Source of the DNA: Parcubacteria group bacterium GW2011_GWC1_45_14
Lineage (GTDB): Bacteria > Patescibacteriota > Minisyncoccia > Moranbacterales > GWC2-37-73
Assembly: GCA_001001345.1 (NCBI GenBank)
Contig: LCKI01000001.1
Coordinates: forward strand, 339-64,338
Reading direction: 5' to 3'
DNA: 64,000 bases
The notes under the pieces: model-generated
The model's input: only the letters and a program-made list of their open reading frames with translations
What the model was told of the DNA's origin: nothing
Database searches by the model: none
Translations under genes and position numbers: made by a program
Shown here: positions 55,534 to 64,000 of the stretch, piece after piece
How the letters are laid out: the number at the start of each line of letters is the position of its first letter
Numbering within the stretch: position 1 is the first letter of the stretch

Positions 55534-56319
55534 ATGAAAAGGAATTTTTTTATCACCCTTTTTTCTTCCATGGTTCTTTTGACGGCCAATATTTCTTTTG
55601 CTGCTGATTGTGAATGGCCAAGCAGGCCTACCGATTATCAGACAACGGTTGAAAATTTTAGGAAGGCGGAAAGCCGTTGCGATCCGGACGATGCGAAGTT
55701 TAATTTGGAAGAATGCAGAAAATGTTGCGATAGGATAGACACCATAAAACACAGTGAGCCATGGGGCGGTGCGCATCCTGGTGAATGCAAGATATTGAAA
55801 GATCCGCCTACGACCAAGACAGTCAAAGTCGCCCCCATTGCTTCTCCGATTATCACGCCTGCAGTTAAAAGCGAAGCCGTAAAAGCAGTCGATGATAATG
55901 CCCAAATAGAACAGCAAAAACAAAAAGAAGAGCTTGAACGCCAGCAGGAAGAGATTATTCGAAAAAAAGAACAGATCAGGGATGAATTGGAAAAAGATGA
56001 GCTTGAAAAAGAAAATTTATTCAAAAACCAAAAAAATCTTGTCGCTTCCATTGAGAACAAAAAAGCCGCAATAGTCTTTTTGCTTGGTCCTGATTATAAA
56101 AACATAGGTCAGCTTAGAAGCGAGTTGGTAAAAAATTCCGCACTTTCAAAAAAGCTTCAGGAAAAGTTGAATGACGAAATGGACGAGGAGAGTAGGATTA
56201 TGATCCAAGAGGAAATCCAGCAAATATCAAGTCAGCAAGAAACTATAAATAATGTTATTGAAAAAAGTGAAAATGTTTTCAGTTTATTCGGATGGGCCTT
56301 TAAATTCCTTGGAAAATAG
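55534..56319 (+). CDS. Putative secreted protein with a Cys-rich N-terminal domain and coiled coil
   Basis: Signal peptide ending SFA, six Cys, C-terminal FLLGPDYKNIGQLRSE...FSLFGW. Confidence 0.75.
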   Translation: MKRNFFITLFSSMVLLTANISFAADCEWPSRPTDYQTTVENFRKAESRCDPDDAKFNLEECRKCCDRIDTIKHSEPWGGAHPGECKILKDPPTTKTVKVAPIASPIITPAVKSEAVKAVDDNAQIEQQKQKEELERQQEEIIRKKEQIRDELEKDELEKENLFKNQKNLVASIENKKAAIVFLLGPDYKNIGQLRSELVKNSALSKKLQEKLNDEMDEESRIMIQEEIQQISSQQETINNVIEKSENVFSLFGWAFKFLGK

Positions 56320-56450
56320 TGCCAATGTTCTTACAATGAAATTATAACGGACATGCATCATCATGATATGATGCATGTCCGTTTTTTTATTTTTTATGTC
56401 GTTTGTGGTAAAATAAAATCACTTGAAAAAACTTCATATAAAAACAAAAA

Positions 56451-56509
56451 TTCACCCTGTTGAATCCCCGATGCTTCGGGGTCGGCTGGGCCGAATTCAA
56501 CAGGGTAAA
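56451..56509. repeat. Three-way-junction repeat, copy 6 (overlaps the next start codon)
   Basis: TTCACCCTGTTGAAT-[CCCCGA/TCGGGG]-[TCGGC/GCCGA]-ATTCAACAGGGTAAA. Confidence 0.88.
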
Positions 56510-57873
56510 TGAAAAAAATACTTTCAATCGGTTGCGGAGGAGCTGGAATGTTCAGTGCCATCGTCGCGACGCAACTGAGAAAGGGGGAATTTGAGGCGAT
56601 AGTGCTTTCGGATGAGAAGGATATCTATTGCCGTTGCACGACGCCGTATATCGTGACGGGAGAAGCCCAGCTATGCGACGCTATCCAGCCGGAGAGCATG
56701 ATCGAGAGTTATGGTCCGAAAATCGTGCATGAAAAAGCTATCAGTATAAATACTAAAAAGAAACACGTCCTTACGAAAGAAGGGCACATTTTCGATTATG
56801 ACTACCTGGTCATCGCTACCGGAGCATCTCCCTTTGTTCCCCAAATCAAGGGAATAGATTCCGAAAAGGTCTATACAGTCAGAAACAGTTCCGATATGGA
56901 ATGCATCCAAGGGTGCCTGGGAAAATCCAAGAGCGCGGTCGTGGTCGGCGCGGGAGTCATCGGGATCGAGATGGCGGGAGCGCTAAGAGCCAGAGGTCTG
57001 GACGTGAGTTTGGTGGAATACGCGTCCTCGCTTTCTTCCGGCATCGCCGACAAGGAATTTTCCAAAAAAATAATCTCCCACCTGGAAGAGAATGGAATAA
57101 GGACGATGTTCAGAAGCAAAGTCGTGGAGATCAATGACGCATCAAGAAAAAGAAAAGAAATAGTTATTAAAAAAGGAAGGAATCAGGAGAAACTGGTCGC
57201 CGATTTCGTGGTAGTGGCGGCGGGAATACGCCCCAATTTGGATGTCATCGAAGGAACGAAGATCAAAGCCAATCAATTCGGGATATTGGTTGATGGGAAA
57301 ATGCAGACGAACGCGAAGGACGTCTATGCTTGCGGAGATTGCGCTGTGCCTATTTCGGCGGTGACTGGAAAAAACGAGCCGAGCTCGCTGGCTTCAAGCG
57401 CTATCCAACAGTCCAAGATCGTCGGCTACCAGATGGCCAGTTTTCCAATCAAATATGCCGGCTCGACCGGGGCGTTCGCTTTCCAGACGCTCGGAAAAGA
57501 ATATGCGGCTGCGGGACTGACCGAGGAGGAAGCGCGCAAGAAATTCAGGTGGGTGGTCGTTGGACGCGCCGCGACTACGGATGTGTATAAGGATTTGGAA
57601 CGTAACAAGCCCTTGGACGTGAAACTGATCTTTGCCGGACCCAAGATGAGGTTGGTCGGTTATGAAGGTTTCGGCAACGGAGTGATCGCCTCGGCGGAAG
57701 TGGCCAGTTTCGCGATCGGACTCCGTCTGAATATCTTGAAAGTCCTGAAATTCAACTACATCGCTCATCCGAGCCTGACTCCTTGGCCGTTCATGAATCC
57801 GATTATCATGGCGACCGAGGACGCGGTGGGGAGTATTATGAAAAAAATCAAGGTTTTTTTCGGGAAAAAATAG
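56509..57873 (+). CDS. FAD-dependent pyridine nucleotide-disulfide oxidoreductase (NADH oxidase/CoA-disulfide reductase family)
   Basis: IGCGGAG, Y.RC redox Cys, ATGA, VVGAGVIGIE, VYACGD. Confidence 0.9.
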   Translation: MKKILSIGCGGAGMFSAIVATQLRKGEFEAIVLSDEKDIYCRCTTPYIVTGEAQLCDAIQPESMIESYGPKIVHEKAISINTKKKHVLTKEGHIFDYDYLVIATGASPFVPQIKGIDSEKVYTVRNSSDMECIQGCLGKSKSAVVVGAGVIGIEMAGALRARGLDVSLVEYASSLSSGIADKEFSKKIISHLEENGIRTMFRSKVVEINDASRKRKEIVIKKGRNQEKLVADFVVVAAGIRPNLDVIEGTKIKANQFGILVDGKMQTNAKDVYACGDCAVPISAVTGKNEPSSLASSAIQQSKIVGYQMASFPIKYAGSTGAFAFQTLGKEYAAAGLTEEEARKKFRWVVVGRAATTDVYKDLERNKPLDVKLIFAGPKMRLVGYEGFGNGVIASAEVASFAIGLRLNILKVLKFNYIAHPSLTPWPFMNPIIMATEDAVGSIMKKIKVFFGKK

Positions 57874-57998
57874 TAGTGTCTTTTAAAGCAGCTCATTAGA
57901 ACACCCTTTCGGGTGTTTTTGTTGGTAAAATAAGAGAAATATACAAATTTTACCAGTGTATTAAAATTGTAGGTTTAAATCGCATTTTAATCCCATCT

Positions 57999-58298
57999 AT
58001 GTTTGGAATAATAAGAACATTGGTAAATATAGTTTTCGGAGTGATTGAATTTCTGTTATTGCTCCGTTTCGTGTTCAAGTTTTTCGTTGCGAACCCTGGT
58101 ACCCCTTTCGTGTCTTGGATTTATGGTGCGACGGCCTCACTGGTAAGACCATTCGCAGGAATCCTTCCGGACTTTAAACTGGGAGGATTCGTGGTCGATT
58201 TTGCGACATTGGCAGCGCTGATCGTTTACGCCTTCATAGGTTATCTGATTTTACAATTATTTTCCCATATTGGCCCCGGATATTATCGGGATCCGTGA
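57999..58298 (+). CDS. YggT-family membrane protein
   Basis: LLLRF.FK.F.AN..TPFV.WIY.....V.PF.GI. Confidence 0.8.
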   Translation: MFGIIRTLVNIVFGVIEFLLLLRFVFKFFVANPGTPFVSWIYGATASLVRPFAGILPDFKLGGFVVDFATLAALIVYAFIGYLILQLFSHIGPGYYRDP

Positions 58299-58343
58299 AT
58301 ATAGCCTAGATTTTTTTAAGGTAATTTCTTTAATAACAAACAT

Positions 58344-58493
58344 ATGTTGTGGACAATAGCCGTAATCTTATTCGTGCTCTGGCTCTTGGGATTTATAACG
58401 GCAAGCTCTTTCGGTGGATGGATCCATGTGCTGCTGGTCATAGCGCTCGTGGTAATCGTGATACAACTTCTTCAGGGCAGGAAAATTTTGTAG
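58344..58493 (+). CDS. lmo0937-family small membrane protein (49 aa, absent from the ORF track)
   Basis: MLWTIAVILFVLWLLGF.....GGWIHVLLVIALVVIVIQLLQGRKIL. Confidence 0.85.
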   Translation: MLWTIAVILFVLWLLGFITASSFGGWIHVLLVIALVVIVIQLLQGRKIL

Positions 58494-58739
58494 CATCATC
58501 CTTGCTGATGATAACAAGAAAACACCTCTTTCGGGGTGTTTTTTTGCTTGCCCATAAATGGAAACCTGAATCGAAGGAAATAGTTTTGCCATTGTAATAT
58601 AAATATTAATCATTTCGGCAAAAATATGCCGCATAAAAATATAGAGGAATGTAAAAAAGACGCGAAATCCGGCAAATGGAAAAAAAGGGAATGAAGTGCC
58701 CGCGCTTTTTTATTTTTCTAACAATTAAATTTCAAACAT

Positions 58740-59069
58740 ATGGAATTTCTAATAGCATGGCTAGTATCCGCGGTCGTCATATTGTTGCTATCCTATCTCT
58801 TGCCCGGAATTACCGTCGCAAGCTTCGTCAGCGCTTTGCTGGTGGCTTTGGTATGGGGGCTGCTCAATGCCTTCATCAAACCAGTCCTTCTGTTTTTGAC
58901 ATTGCCGATCAATATACTGACGCTCGGACTCTTCACTTTCGTCATCAACGCTCTTCTGGTGATGCTGGTCGCCGCCATCGTTCCCGGTTTCAAGGTGGAG
59001 AATTTCTGGTGGGCCCTTCTCTTCAGTATCCTGCTGTCGCTCGTCATATCTTTGGTCTCTAGTTATTGA
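58740..59069 (+). CDS. YvlD/phage-holin-like (DUF360) membrane protein
   Basis: PGI.V..F..AL, LNAFIKPVL..LTLPINILTLGLFTFVINA, PGF.V..FWWAL. Confidence 0.88.
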   Translation: MEFLIAWLVSAVVILLLSYLLPGITVASFVSALLVALVWGLLNAFIKPVLLFLTLPINILTLGLFTFVINALLVMLVAAIVPGFKVENFWWALLFSILLSLVISLVSSY

Positions 59070-59228
59070 ACAGGGGATGTCTTTGATTGGCGCACCATCT
59101 GACGGTGCGCCTTTCGTTTTTGCGTTGTATAACTGCCTTATAGGATTAATCTTCAAGCAATAGGAATGAAAAAACAAAAATAGGAAGTATGAAAGAAAAA
59201 TCCAGGCAAGGAAATTATTTTCGGCAAC

Positions 59229-59271
59229 AAAAAACACACCCTTCCGCCGGTTGGCGGAGGGTGTGTTTTTT
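59229..59271 (-). terminator. Intrinsic terminator after the DEAD-box helicase
   Basis: AAAAAACACACCCTTCCGCC-ggtt-GGCGGAGGGTGTGTTTTTT. Confidence 0.75.
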
Positions 59272-59282
59272 AAAATCGGGAT

Positions 59283-60533
59283 TTATCCGATGAAGGTCAG
59301 GGCGACTCCGGTCTTTCCGGCGCGTCCGGTCCTGCCGATACGGTGGATGTAATCTTCGAAGGTCGCAGGGACATCGAAGTTGATCACATGTGAGACGTTC
59401 GGGATATCGAGTCCTCTTGAGGCGACGTCGGTCGCGACCAAAATCTGGACGATATTTTCCTTGAAAAGTTTCAAGGCTTTCTGTCTTTTAGCGTGGGACT
59501 TGTCTCCGTGGATGGATTCAGCTTTGAATCCTTTGTGATGCAAGGCCTTGGAAAGCTTTTCCGCTCCGTGTTTGGTCCTGGAAAACACCAGGACTTTTTG
59601 AAAGTGGGTCTGCGCCAAAAGGTTATGCAGCACCTCGATCTTGTCCTCTCCGCGGGCGATGCGGATAACGTCCTGGTCGACTTGTGCGGAAGTATCCCTC
59701 TTTCTGATGGAAATCTTTTCGGGATTGTTCAAGAACTCGCCGGTAAGCCTTTCGATTTCAGGCGCAAGCGTGGCTGAGAAAAGTAAAGTCTGTCTTTTCG
59801 GGGAAACCAGTGAGAGCAGATAACGGACATCCGGAATGAATCCCATGTCGAGCATCTGGTCCGCTTCATCCAAAACGACGTTGGCGAATCGGTCAAGCAT
59901 CAATCTTTTCCTTTGAATGAGATCTTTCAGTCTTCCTGGAGTTCCGATCACGACGTTGTGCCTTGAGCGGAGCTTGTCGATCTGCGGTCGGATGTTAGCT
60001 CCACCGACGACGACTACCGAGTTGATGTGAAGTCCCCTGGAGAACGCCACGAACTCCTCCTGGATCTGGATGGCCAGTTCCCTGGTAGGGACAACGACCA
60101 GGAGTTTCTCATGCGGGTTACTTAGCATCTTATTGATCATAGGCACCAAAAACGCTCCGGTCTTTCCGGTTCCCGTGTTGGCCAAGCCGATCACGTCCCT
60201 TCCCTCCATGATAAGTGGAATGGTTTTTTCCTGGATCTCCGTCGGGGTTTCGAACCCTCTCTGGGCGATTATCGTTTTGAGGCGCTGGTCAATCGGGAAA
60301 TCAGGGAAAAGAGTCTTGGCGATATATTTGTCCTCGGCGACCGGTCCGGCCGACTTGTTGATGAATTTGTTGATGTCGATCGCTTTACCTGCGAATCTGC
60401 CGCCTCTTCCGCCTCCTCTGTTGAAGCTGTTACCTTTTCCTCCCTGGTAACCTGCTCCCGGACCTCTTCTTTTGGCGCCTCTTGGCCCTGTGCTTGATCT
60501 GGGCCCGTTCGGTTTAAAGTTTCTGCTCTGCAT
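59283..60533 (-). CDS. DEAD-box RNA helicase
   Basis: Q motif, ANTGTGKT, PTRELA, TPGR, DEAD, SAT, SRGLD, HRIGRTGR; RGG-rich N-terminus; start set at MQSRNF. Confidence 0.95.
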   Translation of the reverse strand: MQSRNFKPNGPRSSTGPRGAKRRGPGAGYQGGKGNSFNRGGGRGGRFAGKAIDINKFINKSAGPVAEDKYIAKTLFPDFPIDQRLKTIIAQRGFETPTEIQEKTIPLIMEGRDVIGLANTGTGKTGAFLVPMINKMLSNPHEKLLVVVPTRELAIQIQEEFVAFSRGLHINSVVVVGGANIRPQIDKLRSRHNVVIGTPGRLKDLIQRKRLMLDRFANVVLDEADQMLDMGFIPDVRYLLSLVSPKRQTLLFSATLAPEIERLTGEFLNNPEKISIRKRDTSAQVDQDVIRIARGEDKIEVLHNLLAQTHFQKVLVFSRTKHGAEKLSKALHHKGFKAESIHGDKSHAKRQKALKLFKENIVQILVATDVASRGLDIPNVSHVINFDVPATFEDYIHRIGRTGRAGKTGVALTFIG

Positions 60534-60769
60534 TGTGTTTTTGGCCTGAAAAGTCAGGGCACATAACAAGTAAGGGGACCGATAACGGTTCCTTGTTTAT
60601 ATTTGCCAGGCTCTAGGCCGATGATTGTTGTTGTAGCTCCCCGCCTCTTCGGCGGGGCTCAAAAAGTAATCCCGCTTTCGCTTGGATAAGTCCTCTCGCT
60701 GCTAAACAATGAAAATTAAAATCTATGTTTAGATACACGAGATAGTTCAAGGTATTAACATAGATGCTT

Positions 60770-60810
60770 ATAGTAGCACGCTTGACTTTTCTTGTCAATG
60801 GGAGTATAAT
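60770..60810. promoter_or_regulatory. Overlapping divergent sigma70 promoters
   Basis: Plus strand TTGACT-17-TATAAT (60782-60810) towards glyQS; minus strand TTGACA-17-TACTAT towards the helicase. Confidence 0.75.
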
Positions 60811-60816
60811 ATACAA

Positions 60817-60991
60817 AGAGGATGAAGAGGGGATTGGCAGTCCTTTTGCGCCTAGGATAAGGCATAATCTTCGGAAAATTCAAGAGCGGCCTCGATGGAA
60901 AAATCGGGGAAAGCGGGTGGAACCGCGGGCATGAAAGCTCGTCCCGGATATATCAAGAGTAATTTTGATGTGTCGGGGATGGGCTTTTTTT
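60817..60991 (+). promoter_or_regulatory. T-box riboswitch (Gly) upstream of GxxExxY-glyQS
   Basis: CGGG-TGGAACC-GCGGGC/GCTCGT-CCCG antiterminator (60914-60946), competing terminator with U-tract, candidate GGC specifier at 60836-60838. Confidence 0.85.
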
Positions 60992-61006
60992 ATTTGCTTA
61001 TCTCCC

Positions 61007-61478
61007 TACAAAAATACAAATCGATTACAAATTTACAAATGTGCGAAGATAAAAATATAGATAAAGTTATATACAAGGAATTGAGCTATGAGGTGATGGG
61101 GGCGGTGTTCGAGGTATACAACGAGCTAGGCTATGGTTTCAAGGAGAGATTCTATGAAGACGCTATCGCAAAAGAATTTGACAGGAAGAATATAAACCAC
61201 AAGAGGCAGGTTCCCTATAAATTAAAATATAAGGATGAGGTGATAGGGCTATACAGATTTGATTTTTTGGTGGAAGACAAGATTATAATAGAATTGAAAA
61301 GAGGCGATTTTTACTCTAAGCAGAATTATACGCAAGCCCTCCAATACTTGAAAGCTACTGGATTGAAATTGGCGATTTTAGTGAATATAACCCAACAAGG
61401 AGTTAAATATAAAAGGATACTGAATATAAAATAGATATTTTGTATATTTGTAAATTTGTAATTAATTCGTAATTCGTT
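61007..61478. mobile_element. GxxExxY cassette bounded by 8-mer periodic inverted repeats
   Basis: Perfect 17-bp inverted repeat ATTACAAATTTACAAAT (61024-61040) / ATTTGTAAATTTGTAAT (61446-61462). Confidence 0.6.
61039..61434 (+). CDS. GxxExxY family PD-(D/E)xK nuclease-like protein
   Basis: V.NELG.GFKERFY, DFLVEDKIIIELK, Q...YLKATG..L..LVN. Confidence 0.92.
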   Translation: MCEDKNIDKVIYKELSYEVMGAVFEVYNELGYGFKERFYEDAIAKEFDRKNINHKRQVPYKLKYKDEVIGLYRFDFLVEDKIIIELKRGDFYSKQNYTQALQYLKATGLKLAILVNITQQGVKYKRILNIK

Positions 61479-61491
61479 AACATTAAAAAAT

Positions 61492-62907
61492 ATGGCGGAG
61501 AAAAAGGAAAACATGATGGAAAAAATCGTTTCGCTTTGCAAAAGGAGGGGTTTTGCGTTCCCTTCATCCGAAATCTACGGAGGGTTCGCGGCTATCTATG
61601 ATTACGGGCATTACGGAACGCTTCTCAAAAACAATATCCGCGACGCCTGGTGGAGGCATATGGTGCAATACAGGGATGACGTCGTCGGTTTGGACAGCGC
61701 GATCTTCATGCATCCCACGACCTGGAAAGCTTCCGGGCACATAGACAGCTTCGATGATCCGCAGATCGATTGCAAGAAATGCAAAGCCAGGATGAGGGCG
61801 GACCATGTCTTGGAGCTTTTCGGCATCAGCGCCGACAAGGCCCCCTTGGATTTCATCAATGTCGAATTGGGGAAATTGCGCGAACTTGGAAAATTGAAAT
61901 GCCAGACTTGCGGTTCGGATGAATTGACTGAGGCGAAAAGATTTTCCTTGATGGTCAAATCGAATCTGGGATCCCCGACGGATGCCCTCAGTGAGGAGAA
62001 TGTGGTGTATTTGCGTCCGGAAACTTGCGGAGGGATATACTTGGAATACAAAAACACTTTGGATTCGACCCGCGTGAAACTCCCTTTCGGAATAGCCCAA
62101 GTGGGAAAAGCGTTCAGGAATGAAATCGTGGCGAGGCAGTTCGTTTTCAGGACGAGGGAATTCGAGCAGATGGAGATGCAATACTTCCTGCACCCGAAGG
62201 ATATGAAGGAGAAATATGATATGTGGAAGCAGGTCAGATGGGATTGGTACAAGGAATATGGCATGGGCGAGGATGATGTCAGGTGGTACGAGCATGAGAA
62301 ATTGGCGCACTACGCTTCGGAAGCCTATGACGTCGAATATAATTTCAAATCCTTGGGAGGCTTCAAGGAAGTGGAAGGAATCCATGCTAGGGGCGATTGG
62401 GATCTTTCCCAGCACAGCAAGTTCTCCGGAACCGACCTGAGTTATTTCGATGAAAAGACTGGAGAGAAATTCATTCCCCATATTATGGAGACATCAGTGG
62501 GTCTCAACCGTCTGTTTTTGATGTTTATCGACAAGGCTTACACTGAAGAGGAAATCAGCGGTGAGATAAGGACCGTCCTTAAGTTCGACAAGAGGTTGGC
62601 TCCGATTAAGGTCGCCATCTTCCCTTTGATGAAAAACAGGCCCGAACTGGTCGGAAAAGCCAGGGAAATCTATGACAATCTCAAACTCAGTTTCATGTGC
62701 GAATTCGACGACAACGGAAATGTCGGAAAAAGATACCGCCGACAGGACGAGATCGGAACCCCGTATTGCGTAACCGTGGATTTCGATTCTCTGGAAAAAG
62801 GCGACGTGACGGTGCGCGACCGCGACACGATGGAGCAGGAAAGGGTGAAAATAGAAGAATTGGAAAATTATTTCACGGAGAAGTTTAATGTTCACCCTGT
62901 TAAATAA
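61492..62907 (+). CDS. glyQS: Glycine--tRNA ligase, alpha2 (eukaryote-like) type
   Basis: LCKRRGF, SEIYGG, W.ASGH, YLRPET, GKAFRNEI, REFEQME, RYRRQDEIGTP. Confidence 0.96.
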   Translation: MAEKKENMMEKIVSLCKRRGFAFPSSEIYGGFAAIYDYGHYGTLLKNNIRDAWWRHMVQYRDDVVGLDSAIFMHPTTWKASGHIDSFDDPQIDCKKCKARMRADHVLELFGISADKAPLDFINVELGKLRELGKLKCQTCGSDELTEAKRFSLMVKSNLGSPTDALSEENVVYLRPETCGGIYLEYKNTLDSTRVKLPFGIAQVGKAFRNEIVARQFVFRTREFEQMEMQYFLHPKDMKEKYDMWKQVRWDWYKEYGMGEDDVRWYEHEKLAHYASEAYDVEYNFKSLGGFKEVEGIHARGDWDLSQHSKFSGTDLSYFDEKTGEKFIPHIMETSVGLNRLFLMFIDKAYTEEEISGEIRTVLKFDKRLAPIKVAIFPLMKNRPELVGKAREIYDNLKLSFMCEFDDNGNVGKRYRRQDEIGTPYCVTVDFDSLEKGDVTVRDRDTMEQERVKIEELENYFTEKFNVHPVK

Positions 62908-62952
62908 TTTTGCTTAGGCAAAATTCCTGCGCTGCAGGATTCAACGGGGCAA
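62891..62952. repeat. Three-way-junction repeat, copy 7 (supplies the glyQS stop codon)
   Basis: TTCACCCTGTTAAAT-[AATTTTGC/GCAAAATT]-[CCTGC/GCAGG]-ATTCAACGGGGCAA; encodes the terminal HPVK*. Confidence 0.88.
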
Positions 62953-63056
62953 GAATCAAAACGATAAAACAAAAAGCAGGATCCGACAAGGGTCCTGTTT
63001 TTTTGTCGGAAATCGTGGTATAATAAATCAAATCAAAGACTTGAAACAAAAATAAA

Positions 63057-64000
63057 ATGAACACTTTCGGTTACGTGGCGCTTTTCAATGCTCTTGTCCT
63101 TTTCGGACTGGGATTGATTGTATTTTTCGGAGCGAAAAAAAATAGGATACATAGGATTTTGGCGACAATCATGTTTCTTATCGCCCTTTGGAGTCTGGGA
63201 TTTTTCTTCTGGCAATTTTCTTCATCCGAAGCGGAAGCGATCGTTTGGATAAATCAGATGATGTTTTGGCCAATGTTCGTGCCGATTCTGTTTTTCCGTT
63301 TCATTCTTGAGTTTCTGGGGATTTTTGAAAAACATAAAATTTCTTGGATAATTGCCATATCAATCGCTACTATCTTGGGAATGGGTATAATCGGGGGGTA
63401 TCTGACAGAGGGAGCGGCTGGAAATAATTCTTTTATCGATTATGCTCCACTTGCCGGTGTTCTGTTTGTGCCCTATATCGCTTTCTTTGCCGTTTACTTG
63501 GCTTACGGGAGCGCCTTCTTGGTCATTAATCATAAAAGTGCCACGCCCATAAGGCGCCAGCAGATAAAGTATATTCTCTGGGGATCGTTGGGGGCATATG
63601 CTATGACCACGACGAACTATTTCATGTGGTTCGGCTTGGATATTCCGCCATTTGGAAATTTTGCGTTGGCAGCATCCCTGCTCTTGGTGGTGTATGCGAT
63701 CATTACCAAGCACCTTTTCGACATCAGGATAGTTTTTCGCAAATCGACAGTTTTTGTCGCCGCCCTCTTTTTCCTGGTGATATTCCTTCTTGTTGCTAAA
63801 TATCTGTCCATGACACATTTGCCTTCTTTCGGGATTTTGGCCGATGTTACGGTGTTATTGGTGGCGGTACTTGTTTTTCCAAGGCTAAAAAAACTGTTCT
63901 ATAAGTTTTCCAATAAATATTTCTCGACCTCCTTTTATGACAAGGCTAAATTAATTGGGGAGCTTACCGTTAAACTCAGTTCGACTTTGGACACCAGGAT
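63057..64000 (+). CDS. Membrane sensor with N-terminal 7TM (HisKA_7TM-like) domain, truncated by the window end
   Basis: MNTFGYVALFNALVLFGLG..., W.LG..F, R.QIKYIL.G, YAII.KHLFDIR; no stop found before 64000; TGGTATAAT upstream. Confidence 0.78.
   Translation, partial: MNTFGYVALFNALVLFGLGLIVFFGAKKNRIHRILATIMFLIALWSLGFFFWQFSSSEAEAIVWINQMMFWPMFVPILFFRFILEFLGIFEKHKISWIIAISIATILGMGIIGGYLTEGAAGNNSFIDYAPLAGVLFVPYIAFFAVYLAYGSAFLVINHKSATPIRRQQIKYILWGSLGAYAMTTTNYFMWFGLDIPPFGNFALAASLLLVVYAIITKHLFDIRIVFRKSTVFVAALFFLVIFLLVAKYLSMTHLPSFGILADVTVLLVAVLVFPRLKKLFYKFSNKYFSTSFYDKAKLIGELTVKLSSTLDTR

Noticed and set aside
58740-59069. Holin-like gene as evidence of a prophage
   Set aside because: The YvlD/DUF360 family is a common chromosomal membrane protein, and no phage genes flank it.
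60895-61038. N-terminal extension of the GxxExxY ORF in the ORF track
   Set aside because: It overlaps the T-box antiterminator and terminator; the likely start is the ATG at 61039.
1-64000. Alternative genetic code (UGA read as Gly or Trp)
   Set aside because: Several conserved genes (rnhB, rmuC, the DUF192 gene) end at TGA at the expected length, and none has an internal TGA.

Overview
Bacterial chromosomal segment using the standard genetic code (TGA is a stop). Gene content and style (short ThrS lacking the TGS domain, alpha2-type GlyRS, short EF-Ts, GT39 glycosyltransferases, a VirD4/TraD-like ATPase, few Shine-Dalgarno sites) suggest a Patescibacteria/CPR (Parcubacteria-like) genome; this assignment is an inference. 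The backbone is housekeeping: miaB, tlyA, thrS, dnaE, rnhB, rpmF, nusB, rnc, murD, murA, mreB, holB, ftsQ, rmuC, prmC, prfA, rpmE, rpsB, tsf, ricT, rpmG, a DEAD-box helicase, glyQS and a Thr-Tyr-Thr-Trp tRNA cluster. The main unexplained signals are: (1) seven copies of a ~52-63 bp three-way-junction repeat with compensatory base changes, one read in frame inside tlyA; (2) two small stand-alone GIY-YIG nuclease genes in the tRNA cluster, each with its own palindrome family, including a copy inserted with a 5-bp duplication into a tRNA-Trp fragment and an orphan copy 36 kb away; (3) 7/8-mer-periodic hairpin elements that are empty, carry a cargo gene (GxxExxY, HD) or are translated inside core proteins; (4) a 196-nt group I intron in tRNA-Thr(GGU); (5) a radical SAM/SPASM gene followed by a 39-aa Cys peptide missing from the ORF track and a methyltransferase (candidate RiPP locus); (6) two T-box riboswitches with very short Stem I. 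Family assignments come from recognised motifs, not database searches.
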